A stretch of 63,390 nucleotides of DNA, the filler included, from Phoronis australis (lineage: Eukaryota > Animalia > Phoronida), in NCBI GenBank assembly GCA_002633005.1. It is 5 parts of 5 records of this genome, joined end to end, with 100 filler letters (N's around TTAATTAATTAA, not from the genome) between each part and the next. Parts side by side here need not be neighbours in the genome. Positions count along the whole stretch, not along the records: positions 35,036 to 51,879 come from NMRA01000116.1; 4 more parts are not named here. One strand, 5' to 3'. A program made the translations under genes and the position numbers. Positions 39,561 to 51,131 of this stretch are shown here, in pieces. Position 1 is the stretch's first letter, and every line of letters begins with the position of its first letter. Below the pieces are notes generated by a model, which saw only the letters and a program-made list of their open reading frames with translations, was not told where the DNA came from and did not search any database.

Positions 39561-42500
39561 ATGTATATATTTGTGTACGCTTCGACATATGTATACATTT
39601 GGTATGCAACGGTGCATGCTTTTAGACGCTTTTATAAAAACTTAATATCTGCTATTGTAATGGATACAATTCTAGTGACAGTGACTCTTCTAGAATTTCA
39701 AAACAAAACTTTACCACTACAGAGAAAAAACATTTATGGTAACTGAAGAGAAGGGAAAGCCGAGGCTTGACTTAATGCAGGCATTTGGTCTTAGGCCTCC
39801 ACTTTACATTTGCAGAATAAAGGTTTAGCAAAGTAATTATGAGCAATTAAATCACAGTCTAGAAATAATTTATAGAATTCATCTCAGTAATTAGAGGTTA
39901 TGTGCATATCCTCAGAGACTTTGAATTTTTGGTCAAGTAAGAATCAATTATTTTTCTCAAAGAATTATTTGAGGCCCAAGGATAAACTTCTGTCTCAAGT
40001 CCTAAGTCACTAGGTATACATGTAAATAAAGCAGCTCGGGTACCTAGGAGTCCTGTAGATACATATGGAAGATGTTTCAGTTTTCATCTGGCTCATTCAA
40101 AAATCCCTAATGCCTAATTCGTTTTCTGGTGCCATGTCTGTAACATTGAAAAACAATTATATGGAGTACAGCTGTAGCAAACTTGAAAATGGTTATTCAT
40201 GTTATGTCAAATGTGATGTTAGTTTTGTGATCACCATGGACCAGTGAAATGTAATGTCTGGTTCAAAGAAAACGCTGTTGAGCGGAAGGTTTGACGTCGC
40301 AAACAGCTGGACGGGAGAGAGAAGAAAGAAGTACACGGTTTACCAAGCAGGTTTCCCCTCCGTGCTATTGTAGCACTTTCTCAGGCAGTGCGGTGAGACC
40401 ATGTTTATACAAATGTCTACTTTACCAACACTGCTGTCGATTACGTATGGGACGACTCCTTTTGGCCATCTCCTGTTAGCGTGCAGTATACACCGTGGCG
40501 TTTCTACAATGGAAATTTAGTTTTTTTACTTCAAGAAACCGGATACTGTGCGTGCAATTAAACAGATGAAGAAACAAAAAAAAATCCCGACAAAGCAACA
40601 CACTTGGAACAACATCATTTTGTCAAGTAACAAAATCACTGTCTACTGGTTCATCACCGTACTTCATATCCACAACTGACGTGATTTGCAGGTCCTGAGG
40701 TACTTAATTGCTTCGCCCATTTCTCGCCAAACGTGAAATTGTTGGCGAAGGAAGCGCCGTGAAATAAGTGACAACCCGGCTGTGATCAAAAATAGGTGAC
40801 CAAACACAAAACTGAAACGAGGCTCTACGGGAGAAGATATTCTTTGCAACCAAGGGTTCATGGTCCCGTTTTGCCTTCCGCGGCTGCGCCGGTCGTCAGA
40901 ACTTGCTGACTAGAGATAGAACACTTGCTATACAATGTCACTTTTTCGTATTTCTGTGTTTTTTACTGTCAGATTAAATGGAAAGTTGCAGACGATATAG
41001 TATTCAGCAACTGAAAACCGAGACATAAGTGTCTTATAATTAACAGTTTTGATCCAGATTTTACGTTTAGGGCATGGTTGTACGTCGAGTGCAAGTTACG
41101 CTGTTGCAACTGTATTACTTTAAACTATACGGAAAGTTTGATGATCGGCTGAAGACGTCGAGTCGACGTTGACCTACTTTTTGAACTTTCCATGTCAGAG
41201 GTCGCTGTTGAAGTAGTGCGGGAGGTATTTCCCTCGACAGATTCAACACGCGTGGGATAAAAAACTATATATATTACTTTTATCATTGTAAGAACTACAC
41301 CAAAGTTGTGCATGTGTAATTATACGATTGGACTGCTATAACATCGTTAGAAATTGTGAAATCACAATCATGATGAACATCACGTGAAGAAAAAGCTATC
41401 AAATGACAAAAATACAAACGTGCTGACAAGAATTTCACAGAAAGTTTTTAAAAAAATAACACACAGATTAAACTGGCAGCAAAACGCAATTCGAAAACGT
41501 TAAGTTATATTTTCACCATTAACAGAACATTTTCTTGAATTTTTTCAGTCTTAAAGAGGATTTTACCTTCGCGGTACATTGCCGAGATGTACGGGCGCTC
41601 CTTGCCCTCTGAAAAGCGAAATCAAGCATCAGAGATTGGAATCGGTGCAGCTCAACACCACGATAAACATTGAAAATTCGATAAATTCATCAACAGTCTT
41701 ATTCCACCAGGTGTCCTTGTTGTAATTCTTCAAAGAAATGACGGACATTGTTCAGTCACTAGGTGGTTAGACCATCTCGCTTATGAGTCGGCTCACTAAA
41801 GCTGCCAAACGACATGTCTTGGAAATCGACGACAATTTGCGAGTCCACTCAAGAATAGTTCGACGAAGGGACAACTTACGAGAACGGGAAGCAGAAGGAG
41901 TTATCAAAAGCAGAAATGGCAACTTAATATTGCTTCCGAACCATGAGTCTCATGCCCAATATAATGAGAAAATGTCATGCGTTTTCTTCTGAAATCGCTA
42001 ATACTTCGTTTTTTATATTTGTAGATAATCCCACCAGATTTAAGTAAGGTAATGCGGTAATGTTGGCTTAGAAAGTAAATAGAACAGCGTTGAGTAACAC
42101 TTCTAAAAACAGTGTTCGATTTTGTGAGTTCTTTGCTATGAAATCGAAAGGTCTGACGAGCAAAATATTTTGCCATGAGATCTCGGCTAATCACCAGTTT
42201 CGAGTTGAATTTTTATATCAATTAGTTGCGTACAATAAATACATGTCTGGCCGATTTAACCGGTGCGGTGTTATTGACTTCATCTAACGTTGTCTCACGT
42301 CTTTGTTCTTCGTCGTCGTTGTTTTCTATAGCAGACGACAGTTTATCAATACCTTTCTCTAGTAAGATAATTGAGTTATTAATCAGGCTAAGTTGCATTT
42401 CTACACTTTATTCGTCACATGATGTGCTGAGAAGCTCTTTTGTTGCTTTGATTTTTTCTGTTGTCAGGGTAGCTTTCAATGTTTTCAGAGCCATTCTTGG

Positions 42501-43003
42501 TTCATTTCCGGGTTTCGGCACCAATTTATGTAGCCAGCCAGCTACATTTAGCTGTATGAAGACTGTCGTCAAAATACAGTTAAGTACCAATGTGTGTTTT
42601 TCTTCCATAGACCCCGAAATTCCACATAGCCAAAAGTGGTCTAAACAACGTAGAGCTTTCAAAAGGGCGGAACTTTCAGATCCGGGTAACACACAACATG
42701 GGTGAACTCGTTTACTTCAAACAATGAGCTATACCAGGTATAGCTCATTGCTTCAAACGACTTCAAAGAACTACTGACGAAATTTTGCTGCAGTCATTCC
42801 CCATTAAATCGACATACCGGTAATTGAAATCAGATGTGGACCGCTTCATTTTTTTCATTTTTGGCTATAGACCTCAATCTTTCCAAATAATCATTATCTT
42901 GGCCTAATTTCTGTCATACCTACACTGACTAGAACTCTCAATTGTCAGGAAAATTTACTTAAAAACAGTTTGTTGAAAAGAATAAGTTCCACAGCGTTCT
43001 TTA

Positions 43004-43328
43004 TTAATCAAGAAATAAGGTAATTTTGGCTACTCGATAGCTTAAATGAAGAACTGTACATACCCGACAAACAGTTCGACCAAAAAAGCTCCTCAGATTC
43101 AGCTCAACAACTACCTCTTCAAAGATTGTGCACGTCATTTCATCTATCTGGTCCGACAAATCAGCCACCTTGAAGAGCAAATCGCCCATTGTGTCAACCC
43201 ACGCGTCCGTCACTATGTCTTTACCAAGTCTTCTCAGAAGTCGTACCACTCTTGCTTTGAAGGCACTTCTTCGCAAAGATCGAACAATCCATTTCAACAC
43301 CGCCTTTGTTGCTTTTCTTACCCATCCC
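43004..43328 (-). CDS. Unknown secreted prepropeptide, copy A, terminal exon (107-aa cationic amphipathic mature region)
   Basis: TTTCAG acceptor, phase 2; GWVRKATKAVLKWIVRSLRRSAFKARVVRLLRRLGKDIVTDAW...VCRV...*; AATAAA at 43000-43005(-); paralogue at 50852-51131. Confidence 0.75.
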
Positions 43329-43387
43329 CTGAAATATGAAATAGCGAAGACTCTCATATTATGAATATTGAGGAAATCAATCCACTG

Positions 43388-45095
43388 CCCAAAAGTGGGG
43401 GGTATAGCCTCCCCCTTTGGTGCACCTAACATAGACCATGGGTGGCGCAGCACTGAAAAAATTTGGAGGGCTATAGCCACAGCCCCCTATGGTGTGACGC
43501 CCATCCACTGGCTATGCTAGGGCTAGACTTTTAAAGGTATTAGCCAAAATGGGTAAAGCATCTGAAAACTTTTAGCTATTAAAAAAAAATTATTAGCAAA
43601 ATACTGTCTCTTTTCCGAACCTTCACAAATGATAAAAATACAGTTACACGGAATATTTTTTTTTTTATTTTTCATGCACAGGTCCTTCTCATCAATGTAC
43701 TGTCAGAAAAGATTTTTGCTTTATGGAAAAGAAATGTTCAACATTCCAAAGTAATATAGGAAATAGTAAGTTAGAGAGGATGTCAGCCAACATGAAAGTT
43801 GGGCAGGGAACCCCCTTATCCCTGGGCTACGGCGGGGGTACATTTAGCATAACTTGTGACTCAAAACAAAGCTGGACTGTGCAGAGTAGTGAATAAAAAA
43901 CTCATTAAGAAACAAAATGACTTTTACTTTATATTGATTACTTTTGGCTGCCGTCGATATGCGAACGCATCCCAGTCTCTCAATAACTTTAGCGAGGCCC
44001 TCAATCCCTTGATTTTGTGGCCGAATATCGACTCCATTCTCCTTCAAAAATCATTGAAAAGTTATGCGAAATTTCCCTCATGGAGCCCACAAACTTCTCT
44101 CAAGTGATTGAAAAAATCCCTTAGAGGTACGAATCATTTGTAACTGACACAGGTCACAGTTTGAAAGAGCGCAAAATGTTACTTTTGGCTACTTGAGGCA
44201 AAGTTTGTGGGGGCTTGAATCATGGGGGATAGGGGTTGTAGTTGATGGGTTACAATTTCCCGTCACCTCAAAACATTCCCCTCTCAGAAGGCACTGGCAC
44301 CTTTCCTCTCGGTTTATCGGAGGCCCTGTCTAGGTATGACATTTGAAGTATTATGATTTAAAAATAGATAACAAACTCGTTCTTCCCTGCGTCGTCTGCG
44401 CCTTTTACTCCTTGAAAAGAAAACCTGTAACTGTCAAGTCTCGAATAGTATTTGACACGACAAATCGTTTGCTGAAAATTGGTAAAGTTGGTAATGAATT
44501 AGGAGAGATCCATGTAATATAAAAATAATATAGTTAAACCTTGAGTTCATATTGCATGTTTGAGGCAGCTCAACTCAGTTCAGTTTTATTTCCCGGGTAA
44601 TTTAATACATTCGTACCGGCTCACACCACGTTGCGAGTGTAAAAAAAGAGACTGGATCACGTTTGCCGCCGAAATAGTCTTCTATTCGTCGTTTTGACAT
44701 TGTTGCTTTCAGAAGACAAGCGGCATCTCGTACACAAGATCTTGCTGTGACGTGAGAAATTGTGAGAAAGCGCTGACCTCCCCCTACACAGTTGAACATT
44801 TCGTTGCGGTAAAGGTGGGATTTCAGGGAGGGGGGATTGCGGCAGACTTGAAATGGAACATTCGTTTGCTATTTTCAAGCTAGGACTCCTAATCGAAGTA
44901 AGAAAGTTGTTGGTGGCGCGTCTTGATTCGTGTTGCCTGTGAGTCAACAAGAAAGGCGTTTCCCGAAATGAATGTTTATTGTCAAGTTGCAAAAGCATTC
45001 GCCAACTTGGCGAATGGACTTAACTCTACCATCACCAGTACCTCTCAGAAATCGCCAAAAGCGAGCTGGCGAGCAGCTAGCTAGAATCTAGACCG
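43388..45095. mobile_element. Composite insertion of about 1.7 kb in the intron of copy A
   Basis: Absent from the paralogous intron (ATCCACTGGCAGCAGCAT is contiguous at about 51184); contains a short MITE (about 43438-43504, similar to 4450-4506) and a block similar to 21790-21960. Confidence 0.6.
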
Positions 45096-45649
45096 GCAGC
45101 AGCATATCGTCGTACTGTGAACTTTCAGTTCAGCTTGCTTGATAGGATATTAGTTGACATTTTTGGATTTCAAAACAAGCGTCGACTCTGGCCGAACACC
45201 TGTCTGCTTTATACCAAATAAAAAACCTTCAACGCACGGATTTGCTTGATTTTCTGTTTGAGAGCCAAGAATGATAGCTTAGTTCTCAGTTTTATCTTAA
45301 TATCTTTCGACAGCTTTTTCGGAAATTTAATAAACAATTGCAATCGTTTTAATTCCTCACCTAGAAAAATCGCACAAACGATTTTCCGTACGGCTATTTC
45401 CTAAAAATTGTCACCAAGCATATGCTTGAATGTACGAAGTGTTAATTTTGTAGTTCAGTGATGTCCAAAACTCATAAAACAAGTTTGTTTAAAGTTTTTA
45501 AAGAACTTTTTCACTAAAACATGCAATGTCCTAAACCCTATCTTAATACACAAAGTAGCAAAATTGTAAGTAGGCGGTCTGTTCACAAATTTGTTTAGTG
45601 TGCCAAACCTCTGTTAGGCAGAAAAAACTTTTTCATGACGTCACCCTAC

Positions 45650-45718
45650 CTTTTCTCACGATGCGATTCTTCTGACAAGGCAGTGACCACAACCAGCAAG
45701 CCCAACAAAGCCAAAACC
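45650..45718 (-). CDS. Unknown secreted prepropeptide, copy A, signal/propeptide exon (xVLALLGLLVVVTALSEESHREKR)
   Basis: TTGCAG acceptor and AG|GTAGGG donor, phase 2/2, splicing in frame to 43328 to give HREKR-GW; hydrophobic signal core; ATG exon not located. Confidence 0.72.
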
Positions 45719-46518
45719 CTGCAAACATAATGTTGAAACTGTTAAAGTACGAACCGCTGTTGGTACTACGCAATTTATTTAGTTTTAGTCCATATAACGA
45801 GAATTTTTACTCGAAATCTTGGCCTACAGACAATTCACAAGGGTTTTGAAGTTCTGAAAAGCTGGACATGAGAATTCCGCTTCATGGGCGCATATTGGCT
45901 TTTGCTGGAAAGACAGAAGACAGAGTCGAGTACAGAATTTTCCTAGATTTGTTTAGTTTAGACCATTTCGGACAATTCAAGCTTGGGGTCTCATGGACGA
46001 TTTGATAGCCATTGAAGACAAAGCGTCCAATGCGATAAGTAAGAATTATTAAGTCGTCTTTTCAAACTTAACTATAGGTCATGCGATGCGGAAAACATGC
46101 ATATGGTGTGTAGAAAGATTAATAATGTTGGCGTATGCCATATTATTAGTATTTACAACAGTAGGACGCTAGCGTGACACTGTTTGGTATGCTAAAGTGC
46201 ACTTGCTGATCAAATTTGTAGTCGAAGATGAACAGATACACAGCACTGATGATAAAGTCGCATCAAGGAACTTTTCGTTGCGTCTATATCAGTGCCTGCA
46301 GCTAAAGTTCATTTAAGGTGTACGTATTTTACTAATTTCAGAATACGCATCAGTTATGAACGTCATATTCCTTGCTCAACGAAATGAAAGTATTTTACTT
46401 GTTGACATTTGCTTGTGCATCACGTCGACAGCATTAATAACATAACTAATAAGAGTAAATATCAGTCTTTCAACCTTCATTTCAAAAGTTACATACCGGG
46501 TATTCAATTTTCGATCAT

Positions 46519-47465
46519 CGTCAATTTGGTTTTTTGCGAGGGAACAGCACCGTGGCACAACTTGTTGAAATAGTACATGAGATTCATTTACATTTTGAGA
46601 AGGGAGAGAGTGTCAGGTCCATTTTTCTAGATATAGCTTCTGCTTTCGACTGTGTCCCTCACGACCTTCTACTTCACAAACTTCGATCCTATGGCATTAC
46701 TGGTAATCTTTTAAACATGATCACCTCATATCTCTCCGAAAGAACATACAGTGTTCGTGTCGATGGCGTACTTTCAATTTTATCCCATCCTGGATTTGTA
46801 AACGCAGGTGTACCGCAGGGTAGCGTATTGGGCCCTCTTCTCTTCTTGGTTTATATTAATGACCTTCCTGATAACCTGTCATGTAGCACATACCTTTATG
46901 CAGATGACACGGCGCTTTTTTACCCNNNNNNNNNNNNNNNNNNNNNNNNNNNNNNNNNNNNNNNNNNNNNNNNNNNNNNNNNNNNNNNNNNNNNNNNNNN
47001 NNNNNNNNNNNNNNNNNNNNNNNNNNNNNNNNNNNNCTCACTCTTTCGTGCACTCAATGATAACCAATCAGTTGTTAACGCTCTCAATTCTTGTAATAAT
47101 ATCCCTACTAGAGTTACATTATTACTGAATGGTAGTCCTAACCTTGACTTTGTTCTTAACGAATTCCTCCTAAGCAACGTTAGCAAATTTTTATATACCG
47201 TTTATCAATATTGTTGCATCTGATTTCCCTACATGAATCTGTAAATATTTTTGTTTTTATATATCTGTAATAGCATGTCTAAGTATTGGAATACTTATTT
47301 TAGATACTACTTAATTGTATATATCTCTATGTATATAAGTTTCATTTATGAATTGTTTACAACCCAGATATAATGCTTCGCGGTTTCTGGGTTTGTTATT
47401 ATTTCTTTGTATGTTCTGTGTATCCTTCAATAAATATATATCACAGTAAAAAAAAAAAAAAAAAA
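46519..47465 (+). mobile_element. 5'-truncated LINE (CR1/L2-like) with a gap
   Basis: [43 protein letters not shown] and YADD RT motifs; 3' UTR with AATAAA and poly(A) at about 47448-47465. Confidence 0.9.
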
Positions 47466-48849
47466 TGAAGTATGCCCCAGAAGGAACAACATGCACCAAC
47501 TTAAGGAGGACTTCAGGTAACTTGTTGAGACGAAACTATATTTTTACTCAAGAATTTATGATGACCTATCGGCGATCGCGAGGCAGCGATGCATCAGTAG
47601 GCGAGTTTTCGCACTGGGATTTGCTGAAAATGCTCGTAATTTAATTAAACTTTGATAGCAGTGTACTGGCATTTTATAGAAACTCTGTCATAGCTTACAG
47701 ATGAGTCACCGTCAGAGCGTAAATTTGATGAGTTCTAGACCGGGTTTCAACAACTTTGGGCTATAATAAGCGCCCCCCTTCCTGAAGCGAATTTTTCTAA
47801 GCTCCCTGGGCGCTTATTAGGGCAAATACTGCAGCTAACGTTCATCGTTGTAAAATTGGTTCACTTTAACAAATTGGTAGTATAACACCACCATTTCGTG
47901 TGATTGCGCTATTTGCTGTGAGTCAAAGCGTCACTCAATTGGTAGCTAAACAACATTACATCGTCGTGATCATCCAGACGTGTCAATAAACTAATTCAAA
48001 CAAAGTATTTACTTTATTCAGACGTTTTTTTCGAAAGTTGGCGAAACGTGTTACTTTGAAACTATTGATTAAACGGACGATAACCAGGCCTTAGTTTGAG
48101 TTGGTAACATGTTTGGTGACCCCATTACCCCATTGGAATACTTTTTTGATAATCGCTGTGACAAACAGGGATACTGAATTGCAATATATTACGAAAGAAG
48201 AAAAGCAAAATGAGATTGTTAAAACTAAAAACCGTATATAGGTGGGACGTCTTTATCCTGAAACACAAATTGAGTTAATATAATCAGCGGGGTCTGATTG
48301 CATTTCAACACTTTCCAATCCATTCATAGGTGTCTTCAACCGTAAAAAATCTGCTACAAAAGTTGTACAATTTCTTGTAATTTTACCATGTTCATTGTGC
48401 CATTATTAATCAAACAATAGGTTGTCTTGGCCATTCTAAAAGGCTCATTTAAAGGAAGGTTGGTCACTAAAACAGACGAGTACACGCGTTTGAGAACATC
48501 TTTTCCACACAGCTGTACTCCTAGATAGCATAAACAAATTTTCTAGGTTTTTCAATTCAAAATAAGTCGTTTAAAGAGAATGTAAAGCTGCCGGTTTTAA
48601 TGGTGCCAGTAAAGACAATTAATTACAGCTTTGACCTAATTATTTCCCTCCTATTATTAATTTTCTATTTGTCATGAACCACTAATTAACTACTTCAAAT
48701 ATCAAAACCTAATGTTTTGGTTAATTACTATACTTATCAAACGAGAACAATTAGTGTTTTGATACCGTTTTGATGAAAACGTGACCACGCAAATACGTTC
48801 AACCTTTAATGCTATTGGCATGCCACACAGCGAGGGAGCGAAATGGAAC

Positions 48850-48906
48850 GGGAGGGAGAGAGAGGGTTTGGGAGGCAGGGAGGGAGGGAGGGAGGGAAGG
48901 AGGGCG
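48850..48906. repeat. (GGGA)n/(GA)n purine tract
   Basis: Direct reading. Confidence 0.75.
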
Positions 48907-50851
48907 GTAGGGTATGTTACATGTCTAATATAACAAAAGGAGGGTGACAGTAGAGTGTTTGGCGTTAGAAGTAATTTATTACAGTATAATTTCTGATAAT
49001 TATTTGTAGGCGTTTCTTGTAGGCCTGAACAAAAGCGTTGTTGGATCGAGGTCTATTTATAAATAATGCTAGATATGGAATATGCGTGTTTTATGAGTAA
49101 AGAAATGGTGCTTTACTAAGAACAAGTGTAACCCAAAAACCTTTTGGAAATTTATCAAACATAACATNGTTTGCCCTTGAAGACCCTTATATTCGTGCTA
49201 CAAACTCGAGTAAAAACTCGAAATTTCGAGTTCAAACTTGAACTTATTGCTTTAATATTGGGTTTACAAACTGTGAACTAAGGGCAATAAATTATCTACG
49301 TAAGTTATTGTGTACTCGAGCATAGAATAATAGACACTTATCTTGAGTTAGCCCAAAAGTAGAGTAGAAAATGCCAAACCTAATTTCGAGTTCCATTTCG
49401 AGTAAAAAGATTGGAGACCGGGCCCAGGATTGTCAAGCCGATGAAACGGCTACAGAGGGACATCATTTTAGGGGAAAGTATTCATGAAGATGCCGATTGG
49501 CAACTGAGTTGGTTTAGGAAATGTTATTGCTCCCAGGACCTGTTATTTAGTTTATATGCATTGTGCCAAACACATTATTTTTACTTCGCCTTTTTAGAGC
49601 TTACCCAAAAAAGCGCTCGTTCAAAGGAAGACATTTGCATGAACTGGATTTTAGAAAGGTTTTAATGAATGTTAAGAAAAATTTGCTCATTAAGCTGGAC
49701 TTCAAACTCAATCGTGCTTTTTACTCTATAATTTGAACTTTTAGTCTGAATTGTAACTTTTGCGTTTGAAAATGATTTTTTGGTTCAAAAATGTCACTGT
49801 TCATGCAGTGTTGTTTTTGTGTGTTGATAGAGTGACACTACATGTTGTAAACGTTAATGAAACATTGCTCCAGTGTCTTGCATACATTTATGCCATTCAA
49901 AGAAAAACTTGCTTCCAAATGAACGTCATTATTTCCATCAGCGGTTTTTCAGAAAAAACCCATTCACATTTGTCTTTCCTTCAGATTTTTTGAAAATTAA
50001 ACAGGTGTTGGTTTAAATGAAAATTTTTTATTAAAATAACTTAAAAACAAAAAGATCAGCTGATATTGTTTGCAAGATGAATAATCCAATAAACAGAGAT
50101 TATTTCACTAGAATTTATTACGCTCATCTAAGAACGACTTTTGGATTGTGAAGAAGTACATTTTTTCTAAAGCGAATAAGATTAAAAATTGTTATGCGTT
50201 TTCTTATCATTTAATGAAATTTGAACACTTTGGTATACTTTTTAACGCGACTAAGTCTGCAAGTTATAGTTAAAAGCTATAACTCGATTTGAATAAACCT
50301 TTCCTTCGGGTTGCTCTGATTAACACTCACACGCCGTTCCTTATTGGAGTGTCGTTGAGGAATCTCCTCCGAACACAAAAAATTTCCAACAACCCTTTCG
50401 CATATCCAAATGGCGGCGATCATAGCTCGTGTCTGAGACTATATTTGACTTCAGTGCCACCTATACATTAGAAGTATACCCGGGAGCGCGTGTGGGGAAT
50501 TTTCGATAGCGTGCGTTGGAATCAACATTTTCAAATCACTACTACTTCGTTAAGATATGTCATAGAACAAAAATGAGCACATTTTATGGAAAACTGGCCT
50601 GGTCTTCCTGATGGCGTAAATTATTTTCGAAAAATAGGAAAATATCGTCGATTTGCCCCTTGACTCTTACTGGTAATGCCTTAGTGCAAAAACGCACAAT
50701 ATGCCGAAATCATCCTCGATGGAGTTTCTATAGTGAATAAAAAAATTCAACAAAGCAATGGCATTTTGCCGGAGTGTATCCATTGGAAAAAACAAGTTCC
50801 GCAGCATTCTTTATTGTTCAAGGAATAAGGTAACATTGGCTCAGTGAGAGC

Positions 50852-51131
50852 TTACACCAAAATCAGCACGACTTGACAAACAGCGTGTCCAAAAGAGCTC
50901 GGCAGACCCATTTGAACAGCTGCGTTTTGAAATAGGGCACATGTCACTCTGTCTACGTAGTCCAACTTATTGGCCACATTGTACAGCAAGTCGCCCATTT
51001 TGTCAACCGTATTTGCTGCCCCACTGCCACCGTACTGTCTCAAAAGCCTGACCACTCTTGATCTGTAGGCAGGATTTCCCAAAGATCGAGCAACCCATTT
51101 CAACGCCGTCTTGGTTATTCCTGCCCATCCC
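50852..51131 (-). CDS. Unknown secreted prepropeptide, copy B, terminal exon (92-aa mature region)
   Basis: Same phase-2 TTTCAG acceptor as copy A; GWAGITKTALKWVARSLGNPAYRSRVVRLLRQYGG...TCALFQNAAVQMGLPSSFGHAVCQVVLILV*; AATAAA at 50810-50815(-); the signal exon would fall in the gap at 51880. Confidence 0.75.

Noticed and set aside
39406-39746. ORFs rich in CV/HT repeats
   Set aside because: Translations of a dinucleotide microsatellite.
40860-40913. GC-rich hairpin followed by CTAG as a Helitron 3' end
   Set aside because: Hairpin is imperfect, spacing is long and no matching 5' end was found.
46066-46082. ATG ACC TAT AG (MTYR) on the minus strand as first exon of prepropeptide copy A
   Set aside because: It would give a good signal start in phase 2, but the donor would be TTAAGT rather than GT; not supportable without transcripts.
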